From Chiloscyllium plagiosum (lineage: Eukaryota): a stretch of DNA of 64,000 nucleotides. Under the pieces are notes generated by a model, which had not been told where the DNA came from, searched no databases, and saw nothing but the letters and a program-made list of their open reading frames with translations. The stretch covers positions 8,646,214-8,710,213 of the forward strand of contig NC_057754.1 in the NCBI RefSeq assembly GCF_004010195.1. The letters run 5' to 3'. Within the stretch, counting starts at the first letter, position 1. Every line of letters starts with the position of its first letter. Of the stretch, positions 12,736 through 25,520 are shown piece by piece. The position numbers and the translations under genes were made by a program.

Positions 12736-13301
12736 TGTGATAATGCTGTCACTTTTACAAGGTTATTTTGTCCTTGGTTTTTTTTTTAAACTTAAAAGCA
12801 GATGCCGAGGGGTCTGGGAAGAGCCTAGTTTAACATGGCAGAGGAGTAGTCAGTTCTCCCAGTTCAGTTTGATTTAGCTGTAACAGTTCGAAGATGCTGG
12901 AGTCCAGGAAAGATTCCAAGCTTCAGCAGATGATTCCTGACTGACTTTTCTCTCTTTGAAAGTTGTTCCCTCCTGCCCGTAAGAATCTGTGTTTCCATTT
13001 ACCTTTTTTTACCAAGAGGTGTGTTTGTGGGATGTTACTGGATTGGAACGGCTCCTTACTCAAGTTGCTGTATCAGGTCGATTCAGTTTTCCAATCATTA
13101 AGTTGCTCTAAATTTGCTTTCTTTTGTTCGAGTTTCAACTGTGGTGTTAATATCAATTCTGTTTCGCTTAAAGCTGAGTGGTTTGACCAGCTGCATCACA
13201 CCTGGAACACCCACTACACATCTGCCTTTAAAATAAGAAAACGTTAGAGTATAGGCTACCTTCTTAAAATGTTTTGAGGGGAGCTGGCCTGGTCCATAAC
13301 A
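12736..13301 (+). mobile_element. Solo LTR related to the LTR at 20675-21306, in opposite orientation
   Basis: TG...CA ends (TGTGATAATGCTGT...CCATAACA); start and internal blocks match the reverse complement of 20675-21306. Confidence 0.75.
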
Positions 13302-13844
13302 TTCGTTACAATGAACAGTACCCATCGCACAAGTGAAGACAATGGGAGGACTGGAAGAAACAGAGACAGCAGGAGTCTCAAAGTCCTGCCTGCTGGATAG
13401 GAGTGAAATATACTTACTTTAGTCTTTCATCCACTCCTATGGTTAGTTTCTCAATTATTTTATACCTGCTGAAAGAAAAGTCTTAACGATGCAAAATGTG
13501 AAACGTTCTGGTGTGAATCGATTGTTTGGGGTGCCTGTTTTTTCCAAACATTTTATTGCATACAACAGCCTCCCATTCATACTTCCCACTGCAGCTGTTT
13601 CTTACAACCTCACCATGAGTCCGTTTGTAGCCTTTATAAGGGTCCACATTTTTGTCTGTGACAAAGCCCCGCTGATGGAATTGAACAGAGAAACGAAAGC
13701 TTGGCTAAAGGGAACAAGACAGATGAAGATTTAATGCCATGGGGAGCACAGAGCCCTTTTTCAGGTCCAGTGTTCCCTGATAACCTTCAGCATTTCTCTC
13801 CTATCAGTTTCATTCTCTTTCCTATGAAAATCTCACACCAGGAT

Positions 13845-14470
13845 TTTTGGTATGCTTTCCTTTATTGGTCAGAGTATTGAGTACAGGAGTTGGGAGGTCA
13901 TGTTGCTGCTGTACAGGACATTGGTTAGGCCACTGTTGGAATATTACATGCAATTCTGGTCTCCTTCCTATCGGAGAAATGTTGTGAAACTTGAAAGGGT
14001 TCAGAAAAGATTTGCAAGGATGTTGCCAGGGTTGGAGGATTTGAGATATCGGGAGAGGCTGAACAGGGTGGGGCTGTTTTCCCTGGAGCATCAGGGGTTT
14101 ACAAAATTATGAGGGTCATGGATAGGGTAAACAGGCAAAGTCATTTCCCTGGTGTTGGGGAGTCCAGAACTAGAGATATAGGTTTAATGTGAGAAGGGAA
14201 AGATATAAAAGAGACCTACGGGGCAACTTTTTTCACACAGAGGGTGGTGCGTGTATGGAATGAGCTGCCAGAGGAAGTGGTGGAGGCTGGTACAATTACA
14301 ACATTTAAGAGGCATTTGCATAGGTATATGAATAGGAAGGGTTTGGAGGGATATGGGCCATATGCTGGCAGGTGGGACTAGATTGTGTTGGGATATCTGG
14401 TTGCCATGGACGGGTTGGACAGAAGAGTCTGTTTCCATGCTGTACATCTCTATGAGTCTATGACTCTATG
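13845..14470 (+). mobile_element. CR1/HER1 LINE 3' fragment
   Basis: ORF 13852-14112 (FIGQSIEYRSWEVML..LVRPLLEY..QFWSP); (GACTCTAT)n tail. Confidence 0.9.
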
Positions 14471-14849
14471 AACAGAACTAGAAAAGCTTCACATTTGCAA
14501 ACTACTGTCCAATTTCCACATTCTTGTTTCTCTTCAAATGCATCCAGTGTGTCTCTGCTGAATGTGATCAATATATTCTTAAATATTATGCTTGATTCTC
14601 CTCAAAGGTGTGACAACATGTTGGTAATTATGTTCTCTCGTCCTGCCACATGTATAATTTTCAAATTGAATAGCTGCAGTAATAAATTCCATCGAAACTA
14701 TCTGGAATTTTTATCCTTAAATTTCTCCAAAAGCTTTAATGTGTTGTGATCAGTAGAAACAATTATCTTAGTCACATTGCTGGTGATATAAATGTTCACA
14801 TGGTGTATTGCCAGCACCAAGCTCAAGGTTTCCTTCGCAAACATACAAT

Positions 14850-15082
14850 ATTTTATATCTTTTCCCTCTCATCCTAAACCTATGCCCTCTAGTTCTGGAC
14901 TCTCCCACCCCAGGGAAAAGACTTTGTCTATTTATCCTATCCATGCCCCTCATAATTTTGTAAACCTCTATCAGGTCACCCCTCAGCCTCCAACCCTCCA
15001 GGGAAAACAGCCCCAGCCTGTTCAGTCTTTCACCACAGCTCAAATCCTCCAACCCTGGCAACATCCTTGTAAATATTTTCTG
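14850..15082 (-). repeat. Internal CR1 fragment nearly identical to 17192-17423
   Basis: Shares private variants with the copy 2.3 kb away; no 3' tail. Confidence 0.85.
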
Positions 15083-15666
15083 GAAGAAGATCAAATAGGT
15101 CTCTCGATCTTCTTGTCGTCTTCTTGTAAAAGGAAAGCACTGACATCCACAGCATTTGCGTTGCTAGCCAACGTGAATGACTTTGGGTCATTAGGTGTGG
15201 CTAATTCTGGGGCAGTGGTTAATGCAGCTTGCAGACTGTCAAATGCCTCTGACAATCCGCCATCCACTGACACTTCCCGCATGTCTTCAGTAGAGGAACC
15301 ACATTGCTAAAATGCAGTATGAACTTCCACTCAATCTCAGGAATCCTACTACTGCTCTATTTATCGAGGAGATCAGAAACTCCCCAATAAGCTTTGTTTC
15401 ACATCCCGTGGGGTCATCTGTCCATGTCCAATAACATGGTCTAGCAAAGTGACTTGGATTTTGCAGACTCACTCTTAACCACCTTGATCACCAAGTCTGC
15501 CTCATGAAGTCCAATAGATGCTGAAAATGTTCCTCCCAGGTGTGGCTAAAGATCTTCAGGTCATCATAGTACGCCACAAAATTAATTAAGCCAGAAATGA
15601 CTTGATTGGTTAGTCTTTGAAAAGTGGCTGGTTATTTTTTCATACCAAATGGCATGACTTTAAATT

Positions 15667-15807
15667 GGGACAGGCGAAAGTGAGTACTGCAGATGCTAGA
15701 GATCAGAGTCGAGAGTGTTGAGCTCTTCCTAATGAAGGGCTTTTGCCCAAATTTTCCTAATCCTTGGATGCTGCCTGACCTGCTGTGCTTTTCCAGCACC
15801 ACACTCT
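15667..15807. mobile_element. Short PLE-derived element with inverted halves and 12-bp TSD
   Basis: TGACTTTAAATT at 15655-15666 and 15808-15819; degenerate hammerhead CTAATGAAGGGCTTTTGCCCAAA. Confidence 0.7.
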
Positions 15808-16935
15808 TGACTTTAAATTAATAGAGCCCATTCAGTGTCATGAAAGTCAAAATAGTCTCCGCTGTATTGAACATCGATAACTGCTAGTATCCTTTGAGTA
15901 AGTCAAACTTAGAAATATAAGTTGTTTGCCCCATCTTATCAGTCTTCTAAACATTGAATGGGGTATGATTCAGACTTGGTAACTGCATTGATTTTGCTGT
16001 AGTCCACACATATTCTTTGGGTACCATTTGGTTTTGGCACCATTACCATCAGTTTGCTCCAGTCACTGCAACTTACTTAAATGATGCGTTCAATCTCTTT
16101 TTGAACTTTGTCAACTTGACAGTGATAAGTCTATAAGGATGCTGCTTAATTGGAACAGCATTTTCTATATCTACATCATGCATAATTAGATTAGTGCTTC
16201 CCAGCTTATTCCCATATATCTCCCAAAGCGATTTGATACCTCTTTCATGATCATTTCAATTTTCCTCTTGAAGGCAACTCAATAATTTGAACAAATCTTT
16301 GAGAACTTCTGCATTGTCCAACCTAATTTGAGGAATGTCCAATTCAAAATCCTCCTAACCTGTTCTCCACTCTGCGTTGTACCAGAAACACATTCTCCTT
16401 TTGCCTTCCTTCCCTATCAAAATACCTTTGGAGCATAATCACATGAGATGCACTGTGAGATAGCTTTCCATCTGGTGTTGTTATCAAATAATTCATCTCA
16501 CTCAATTTCCTCACGATTTGATAAGGTCCATTAAATCTTGCTTTGAAAGGTTCACACACTGGAAGCAACATTAATATTTTATCTCCATGAGCAAAGTTGC
16601 GAATTTTTAATTTTTTGTCTGCTTCCTGATTCATCACATGCTGTGCTTCTTTTAAGTGCTATCTAGGCAACTCGCCCGATATTTAATCTTTCCTTAAAAT
16701 TTGACACATACTCCAAATATGTGATCTCTGAACTCTGACTCACCAATTTCTCCTGAAGTAATTTCAGTGGTCCTCTCACCTCATGTCGGAAAATTAATTC
16801 AAATGGACTGAATTTGGTAGATTCATTTGATGCATCCCTAATTGCAAAAAGTACAAAATGGAATTCCTTTATCCTGATGCTCTGGATATACAACACCTGA
16901 ATATGGTTTTAAAAGTTTGATACTACTGTTCTAAT

Positions 16936-17773
16936 AGAGTCATAGAGTCATAGAGATGTACAGCATGGAAACAGACCCTTCAGTCCAACTCGTCCATGCT
17001 GACCAGATATTCCAACTCAATCTAGTCCCACCTGCCAACACCCAGCCCATATCCTTCCAAACCCTTCCTATTCATATACCCATCCAAATGCCTCTTAAAT
17101 GTTGCAATTGTACTAGCCTCCGCCACTTCCTCTGGCCGCTCATTCCATATACGTACCATCCTCTGTGTGAAAAAGTTGTCCTTTAAGTCTCTTTTATATC
17201 TTTCCCCTCTCATCCTAAACCTATGCCCTCTAGTTCTGGACTCTCCCACCCCAGGGAAACGACTTTGTCTATTTATCCTATCCATGCCCCTCATAATTTT
17301 GTAAACCTCTATCAGGTCACCCCTCAGCCTCCAACCCTCCAGGGAAAACAGCCCCAGCCTATTCAATCTTTCACCACAGCTCAAATCCTCCAACCCTGGC
17401 AACATCCTTGTAAATATTTTCTGAACCCTTTCAAGTTTCACAACATCCTTCCAATAGAAAGGGGGCCAGAAATGCACACAATAGTCCAACAATGGCCTAA
17501 CCAATGTCCTGTACACCTGCAACATGATCTCCCAACTCCTGTACTCAATACTCTGACCAATAAAGGAAAGCATACCAAACACTTTCTTCACTATCCTATC
17601 TACCTACTACTCCACTTTCAAGGAGCTATGAACCTGCACTTCAAGGTCTCTTTGTTCAGCAACACTCCCTAGGACCTTACCATTAAGTGTATAAGTCCTG
17701 CTAAGATTTGCTTTGCCAAAATGCAGCACCTCGTATTTATCTGAATTAAACTCCATCTGCCACTTCTCAGCCC
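16936..17773 (-). mobile_element. CR1/HER1 LINE 3' fragment inserted in the integrase
   Basis: ORF 17022-17591 CR1 ORF2 C-terminus; tail at 16936. Confidence 0.92.
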
Positions 17774-18409
17774 ATGCTCCCTGAGATTCTGGATGGTACA
17801 CAGTGGATTTGAATTGTTTTATTCCATAACTTCTTTGAATACTTTTGATGTAAAACCTGACCCTTGAGCTGATGGAATCACTGGGGGGTAGTCTCCATCT
17901 AGTGAAAAATTTGAGTACCTCTTCGACAATCTTCGACAATCAATAATGGAATGACCTTTGGAAATATAGTGGACACATCCATTATGATCAATTAATACTG
18001 ATTCCCACTGTATGCTTTAAGCGGTGGTCCTATGCAATTAAGACCCTTTAAAAAGTTCCTCAAATATGGGAATGGGCATCAAAGGTGTTGGTTTTATCTC
18101 TGCCTGAGGTTTTCCAAATATCTGATCTCCTTTTCCCTTAGCATCTGAGATTTCTCGTTTCCCCAATACCTATCCTCCAATGACTGCAATTGATGTCAGA
18201 AACCAACATTTGACTTATGAACCAATTCATAACTGTCGGCTATTTTAGCTGCTAAACTTGCAACTTTCACTCTCTGCTCTACCACTCAGGTAGTGAATAT
18301 TTGACCTCCTCTAAAATAATCTTCTCTCTAAGCGCAACATATGTTTGGTCTATTTTCAATGTCCTTATCGACCTATTAAAGTGACCTTGTTAGATCTTTT
18401 CAAACTCAG

Positions 18410-18728
18410 GTGGCTCAGCGGTTAGCACTGCTGCCTCACAGCACTGGGGACCTGGGTTCGATTCCAACCTCGGGTGATTGTCTGTGTGGAGTTTGCACAT
18501 TCTCCCCGTGTCTGCATGGGTTTCCTCCCACAATCTAAAGCTGTGCAGGTTAGGTGATTTGGCGATGCTAAATTGCCCGTAGTGTTCAGGGACGTGTAGG
18601 TGAGGTGCATTAGTAAGGATTAAATGTCAAGCAATAGGGTAGGGGAATGCCTGAATGGGATACTCTTCAGAGGTTCGGTGTGGACTTGGCCAAAAGGCCT
18701 GTTTCCACACTGTAAGATTCTATGATTC
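18410..18728 (+). mobile_element. HE1-type SINE inserted in gag
   Basis: GGTGGCTCAGCGGTTAGCA and GGGTTCGATTCC boxes. Confidence 0.85.
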
Positions 18729-19465
18729 AGTGTACATTTGGCCAGGGTCTCTCTTAGATTCCTGAAACTTTCTCTGTGCTCATGTGTCATTTTTCACTTC
18801 CTTATACTTCCCCCATACCTCTTCTGATAGTGATGCAAAGACCTCATTTGGTCAACCAACCAACTTTCTTTGGATCAACAATACCCACAACAGTCATTTC
18901 ACTTGTTTAGCCACTTTCTCAACTGAACTGAAAATGACTTCCACACCCTTCTCGTCGAATTTAGGCAACACTTGGACATATTTAAACAGATTCCCAACAG
19001 GCCTTTGGCTACTGTGGGTTTGTTCACCATCAATATCGCTCTCATTAAACCTTCATTCTATCTTCACCTCCGCCCTTTTAAGTTGACTTTGCTCTCTAAT
19101 TGCAAACTTCCAAACGTCATACTCTCTCACTTTTTGCTTTACTTCTGTCTCGTTCTGTTTTTTCTTCCTCCCTCTTTCTGTCTTTCTTCTGCTAAGGCCT
19201 TCCTCCCATTTTCATTTTCCTGTGCTTTTAATTGTAATTCTAACTGTTTCATTTCCTTTTCTCTTCCCATTTGTTCTGCCAGGGCGAGTCTATCTTCTTC
19301 TTCCCCTCCCATTGCCTCTAATTCAAGCTGCTTCATTTGCATTTGAAGTTTAGACATTTCCAATGACTCCAATGGAATTCTGGACAACCATAAATGCTGT
19401 ATGATTGCTGCAATTATTTTCCATTTTCTCGCAGACACAGACAAACCCAACTCCAATTTGTTTAC

Positions 19466-20457
19466 GGTTATGAAGGTCTAAGAGTTACTGAACCTTTAAG
19501 AGATTTAAAGGCTAGCAGAACTTCCTGACAGCACTAAGTGTTCTGTAACATATGAGGAACGGCTGAGGATACTGGGATTGTATTCGTTGGAGTTTAGAAG
19601 ATTAAGGGGAGACTTAATAGAGACGTACAAAATAATACATGGCTTGGAAAAGGTGGATGCTAGGAAATTGTTTCAGTTAAACGAGGAGACTAGGACCCGT
19701 GGACACAGCCTTAGAATTAGACGGGGTCATTTCAGAACAGAAAAGCGGAGACATTTTGAATGGCGGAGTGGACTCGATGGACCGAATGGCCTTACTTCCA
19801 CTCCTATGTCTTATGGTCTTAGGGTCTTATGAACAAGATACAATGTAACCTTTTGGTCAAACAGCTAGGGTAGCTGGTTGCCAGGAGACAAGAACAAATT
19901 TGAATTGGGCCAACGAGTTTAAATTATATCCCCAAAAAAAAAACAGACTCCAACTCTAGTTTGAATTTAGTATGTTGACAATTGTAAAAGCCAATGACAC
20001 GATCCGATGCTTTGGGGGTGTAAGACTGGGGAAAATTGAACAATTGAGAGAGAACTGCCAAGCCTTCAGCATGTACAGACTGTCCGAAACAAAGCTCTCT
20101 TAAAGGTACCTTTATCTGTCAATGACTAATGTAAGAGAAATCCTAAGAAGAAAATCTCCAGAGGAAGATACAAAGAGAAGATTCGACAGCTGCCTGATTT
20201 TGAAATTTAAATTTCGTGGTAAATCTTACTTGGGGGTTTTATCTGACTCGTATTGTAGAAGGGAATGTAAAAGATAAGTTAGAGCAAGGAGTTGTAAATA
20301 GTTGTTAGTTAATTATTCTCTGTTATACTTTAAGAAATAAAGTTGTCATTTTTACTTTAAATACTTTTTGGCCTCTCGAATGTTCACAGATTACCGTACG
20401 GGATAATTCTTATCTGTGTCAATATTAGTAGGGGAGGTTTACCCCCGTGTTGTAACA
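19466..20457. mobile_element. Solo LTR of a second family inserted in gag (TSD TTAC), itself interrupted by a CR1 fragment (~19545-19830)
   Basis: Ends GGTTATGA...TGTAACA; TTAC at 19462-19465 and 20458-20461; host gag sequence resumes after it. Confidence 0.75.
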
Positions 20458-20653
20458 TTACAATTCAGAAAGCTTTGCTTTGCTGATTTGCTGTAAAACC
20501 CCCGCACAAAACTCTTATTGGCTGAAAGAGCCATTACTACCCAAGGCACACCCTGTTTAAACCAACCGAATTCAACCCCAGAAATAACCAACACTAACAA
20601 TAGCCACTCGCAGCCTTAACAATCCTAAACTCAACAGGAAATTAAGGATTTTG

Positions 20654-20672
20654 ATCCCAAAAAAAGTCCCCA
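20654..20672 (-). promoter_or_regulatory. Degenerate tRNA-Pro primer-binding site
   Basis: TGGGGACTTTTTTTGGGAT next to the LTR resembles PBS-Pro TGGGGGCTCGTCCGGGAT. Confidence 0.5.
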
Positions 20673-20674
20673 CT

Positions 20675-21306
20675 CTTGACCAAACCAGACCCACTCAAAG
20701 TATTTTAAGAATGTAGCCTAGACCATATTTTGTTCTTATTGTAAAGAAAACTTTTAAAATATCCATTCCAGATGCAGTGCCACTGGTCAAACTAATTGAC
20801 ATTAAGCAAAATGCAATTTACTTAAAGATTGCAGTTAAAATACAATCAAAGAAAGAGTAATTTAGAATAACCTAATTCTTTGGAAAACTGAATAGAATAA
20901 TGGATACAGTCACCATTATCAATGAACTGTTCCAGTATAGTCACATCCCATAAAAACACACCATGGAAGAGCAGGAAAATTCCAACACAGATTCTCACGT
21001 ACAGCTCTCCAATCCAGGAGGAGACACTATCAAGAACAAACTCAGGGAGAGTAGCAATGAGGAGGCATTCACTGAAGCTTCCAACTCTGTTGACGCCCCC
21101 AATAGCTTCTGATGCTACTGAAAAACCAAAACCCAGAAATCCTAATCAATATGAGCTGGCCACACCCATTCAAGCTGTTAAAAAAAACTCCAAGGACTCC
21201 GAAGTCGTTTATTCAAATGTTCTTAACCAGCCAGCTCATAACTTCTCGTTCAATGTCTCTCTTAAAGGAAACCAGGACAAAACAACAAAATTACAGCATT
21301 ATCACA
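20675..21306 (-). mobile_element. 5' LTR of the Gmr1-like element
   Basis: Begins TGTGATAATGCTGT on the minus strand, followed by PBS and gag. Confidence 0.75.
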
Positions 21307-21334
21307 CTTTCTAATTAAAATATTAACATTCACA

Positions 21335-21630
21335 GTCATGTACATGACAAGCACCAAGGATCCCACCGTAGATCGCTGTGTACTCCTCTGGTCACAGGCC
21401 AGAGCAGCGTTCTACCATCACCCTTTACCTCCCATTTGTAAGCCAATTTTTTTATCCAGGTTGCCAACTTGCCTTGGATCCCCTGGGCTCTTATCCTTTG
21501 GGCCAGTCTTCCATGTGGCACCCTGTCAAAGGCCTTCTTGAAGTCCATATAACCCTCATCCATTGCATTACGCAATATGCTTCATCACCTTTCAAAACCC
21601 TCAATTAAATTAGTCAGACAGGATCTCACA
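21335..21630 (-). mobile_element. CR1 RT fragment
   Basis: YMDFKKAFDRVPHGRL..GIQGKLATWI. Confidence 0.85.
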
Positions 21631-21679
21631 CTCAGTTCGGGCCTAGTGGGACACTTTCACCGTTTGATTATAGGATGGC

Positions 21680-22628
21680 CAACTACAAGGACAACTCCAG
21701 CAGAGTTGCTAATGGGGAGAAGGCACTGCACCAGGATAGACCTGATATTCCTGGGTCTGGGATAGGGTAGGAAGGGTGAAACATAATCAAGGTTGCTAAT
21801 AGCAGACAAAAGACTCCTCTAAGTGAGAGAGTTACTTTACTTCAAGTTGGTGTTGAAACCATGGGAATGGTCCTGCATGGGTAAGAGACATGGTCAGTGT
21901 AAGGTCAGGTGCCATGCCATACAAGGTTCGGGTAGGAGAGGCAATCCTGAACAAGCAAGGAGACCACATGAAATCTGGAACCTCACAAACGGGACTGGCG
22001 CAAAACATACCCGGGCCCTCAGAACAGCCGGAAAGCCTGTTGGATGGTGAGTGTACTGAGATCAATAACAAGTGGGAGGTATATGAGATGTATAGGCAGC
22101 TGGGGGCAAGTGAACTCCTTGAGGAGGGTAACTGTTGGAACCCATGGATTCTCGCCCTCTGTCTAGTGTCAAAGAAACCTCTGAGGACAAGATGGACAAG
22201 ATGTCACAAACTGGATGCCTTTACTACCTGAAGGACAAGCTGAAATTTGACCAAAATACTCCGAGGGCAAGATGCAGGCTAGGGTCCAGTACACGCCGTT
22301 AAGTGTCTGAGGCAGGGTTGGAGGAACTGGAACCTAGTGGGAAAACGTCCCAGGAGAAACTACAAGAAAAAGAACAGGCCTATGTCCCAGGACTTAAAGG
22401 AGCAATGATGTATTGATTGCTAGGTGGCTCTCATAGACTATGAGACTTCTGATTGGGGCTGTTAACCTGGTCCAATCAAGGAGCCCTGGCTGACAGATAT
22501 AAACTAGGAGTGTCAGAGGGCCTGATCATTCTGAAAGCCGACTCTGAGGAAGCCAGTATCAAGTACACTGCACATGTAACTAAAGGGTGACTTGGTGACT
22601 GGATACAGGCCTTCGTGGAGTTATTTCA
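21680..22628 (+). mobile_element. Gypsy LTR retrotransposon 3' part (integrase C-terminus and 3' LTR ~22408-22628)
   Basis: TTPAELLMGR..RIDL and G..YKV motifs; purine-rich stretch followed by TG...TTTCA LTR-like block. Confidence 0.6.
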
Positions 22629-22781
22629 TTAAAAAGTAGCAAAGAAAGCTCGAGAGGCCAAGAGGCCAGCTCCTGCGCCCATTTCTTATGGTGTTATCGG
22701 AAATGATCGTGTTGAATTGTGGAGCCAACTCTAAGGCTGGATGTCCTTCGCCAGCTCTTATTCAGGATGTTTCTATGTCTG

Positions 22782-23098
22782 TGGGTGGCACGGTGGCACA
22801 GTGGTTAGCACTGCTGCCTCACAGTACCAGGTTCCCAGGTTCAATTCCAGCCTCGGGCAACAGTCTGTGTGGAGCTTGCACATTTTCCCCATGTCTGCAT
22901 GTGTTTCTTCCGGGTGCTCTGGTTTCCTCCCACAATCCAAAGAAATGCAGGTCAGGGTGAATTGGCCATGCAAAATTGCCCATAGTGTTAGGTGCATTAG
23001 TCAGAGGGAAGTGGGTCTGGGTGGGTTAATCTTCGGAGGGTTGGTGTGGACTGGTTGGGCCAAAGGGCCTGTTTCCACGCTGTAGGGAATCTAATCTA
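22782..23098 (+). mobile_element. HE1-type SINE
   Basis: Full A/B box head and AATCT tail. Confidence 0.9.
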
Positions 23099-23849
23099 AA
23101 AAATTCCCCAAATCATCCCACCATCTGGGGTATCACTGAGCTAACATCTGACTATTTCTTCTGGCTACAGTTGCTGCAATGTGTGGGACTCCTCTTCACT
23201 AATTCCCAAACCCTTCCTTTTTTGCTGGATGGTGTACGTGTGTTGCTGTAGAATCTCTGTGCCTAATTTTATTGATTGATCCTCCAACACCTATCCATAC
23301 AATGTCACAACTAATGGGTAATCACATCCAGTGTGGGGATTTCAATGGCAGCATCTGTTCCCAGCATTCATCACGCTGGGCAACGCCCTGTATCTCAGTC
23401 AGGTCACCAGACCCAAAGAGTTAACTTTGATTTCTCTTCACAGATGCTGCCAGACCTTCTGAGCTTTTCCAGCAACTTCTGATTTACGGTTCTTTTGGTC
23501 TTTACTATCTCTGGCGCTGTAAGATACAGTCCGCTTGCATGAAGCTGCACATGTGCAGTGAGTCATCACCCCCACCCTCCCAACTCTTTAATGAGACCAG
23601 GAGCTGATTAATGACTGTGGAATCCAAGCTTGCCGTGAGTCACCAGATTATCATGAAGCAACTATCACTTGTCCTTACCGCCAATGACCCCGTTTATCAA
23701 TTCCCTGAGAGTAGACTCATAGGGCAGAGGCCAACTGTGATGGATATCTCCCTTTGTTTTCACCAGTGCGTATCTGGGATATTTTTCACATTGTTGGGTA
23801 GATTTCAACATTGTTCCTGTATGGGCAGAGCATCTGTTAAGGGTGACCT

Positions 23850-24162
23850 GGTGGCTTTGTGGTTCATACTACTGCCTCATAGTGCCAGAGATCGGTGTTG
23901 AATTTCCAGCCTTGGCTGACAGTCTGGGTGGAGTTTACACATTCTCCCTGTGTCTGTATCTGGTGCCCTGCCTTTCCTCCACAATGCAAAGATATGCGGG
24001 TTAGGTGAAGTGGCCATGCTAACTTGTCCATAGTGCCCAGCTTGGTAGGTAGCATTGCGGAGGTAGGATACAGGGCTAGGTCTGGGTGGGATGCTCTTCA
24101 AAGCTGGGTTGCAAGTTTGACCACCTGAGTCGGTTCTTTCCGTGCTGCAGGGATTCTGTGAT
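23850..24162 (+). mobile_element. Old HE1-related SINE
   Basis: Degenerate head, TGGCCATGCTAA body. Confidence 0.7.
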
Positions 24163-24984
24163 GCAGCGTGCTGTTCTGCTGGTTAAATATTTCTCTTCAA
24201 CACATTGGGTAGTCTCCACAACCATATTAAATCACTGCGTAAGCTTTGTGAGGTACAATGTTCCTTTAACAAGCCCATATCGTGCAAAAACCCCGCTTGT
24301 TTTCAAAGCAATAGGCAAATTGCTCCTTTTTCTCGCCTCTACAAATATCCCATACCCACTGCGTTACTTTCTAGTCAGTAGTTCTCAGGTTTATCTCTAT
24401 CTCTGTGAGTCTATATTTTCTTCATACAAGTTTTTTTCAGTCTTAAAATCTGCAAACCACTCCCATATCCAATGACTATTCATAGTTTACTTTGCTATTT
24501 CCTTATGGCCTTCCATCAACCTTTCTTGTATACGCCATCGGGATAGGGTGAACCTTTTGCCCTATTTTGTTTTAAGAAGTGCTGTATTCAAAGGGGGTTA
24601 ACTGGACTTGTTTCTTCAATGGCTGCAATTAAATTCAGTCCACAGGAACATTGGTTGTGTCACTGGAAGATTTTGATTTTCCAACAGAATCTTTTCAATG
24701 TCTTTTTCAATCCCTTCAGTGAAAGCATCACTCCTGGGACGTGACGGGTGTGTTCGTTCCCTAGAGGTGAAAGGAGACTGAAACTCAAAAACAATACTTT
24801 GGAATGATACATCAATCAGTGAATAACTGAGGAGCACAGAGATTAGAGTGAAAAGAAAATGAGTTGGAATCTGAAAGCAGTAGCCTTGAATGTTACAACA
24901 AAGGTCAAGAGTCTATAATTTTAGCTTGATCGCCCTTTTGGAGATTACACAAAGATCTCACTAGCTGAGCAGTTCTATTTTTTA

Positions 24985-25520
24985 AACTATATTTTATTTT
25001 CCCCCTACACTGCCACCTAGCTGCAGTAGTGCTTATATTTTCCCCAGCACCCATGTTGTGTGTGTGCGGGTGTGAGACACAAGGTGTACAAATCTTTATT
25101 CAATTTCTACCACCAGGAAGAAAGAAAACACCCAAGTGGCCAGTGCCAAGCAGTGCTCTTCTCATCAAAGATCAAAAAAGTGAACAGGAGGGCAGGGATT
25201 AAATCAAAATAGAGTTGGAGGTGGAAATAAGGCACTCCACTCCCTGCAGTGCCCACCTCTCCCTGGACAGTTCGAGGGTGTTGGTGGACAACGCGTGCTC
25301 ATTCTCCAGGGACACCTGGGTTCTGACATAACTGTGGAAGAGGGGCAGGCAATCAGCCCTAACGACCCCCTCCCACGGCCCGCTGCCTGGACCTGTTTAT
25401 GGCCAGTTTGGCCAGGCCCAGGAGCAGTCTTACGAGGGTGTCCTTGGACCTACCCTCCCCTCCTTCACACGGAGTGCCCAAAAATCAGGAGCATGGGGGC
25501 TGAAGTGCAGCTCATCGTAT
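24985..25520 (-). mobile_element. Tx1/L1-like LINE 3' fragment
   Basis: Reverse complement matches 49655-50135 (LLLGLAKLAI region and 3' UTR). Confidence 0.7.

Larger units (their letters stand above)
14600..21306 (-). mobile_element. Gmr1-like Gypsy-group LTR retrotransposon, degraded, with several nested insertions
   Basis: Minus-strand order: LTR, PBS, coiled-coil gag (19139-19456), SCAN-like LREKIILEEVKYSLPE (~18290-18335), integrase (YHPESQGA, FSPFELIF, FNGPYQI), RT (VAYYDDLKIFS ~15545-15580), RNase H (LTTAPELATP..FTL). Confidence 0.85.

Noticed and set aside
12736..21306. The two related LTRs as cognate ends of one element or as DNA-transposon TIRs
   Set aside because: Opposite orientation, substantial divergence and no shared TSD found.
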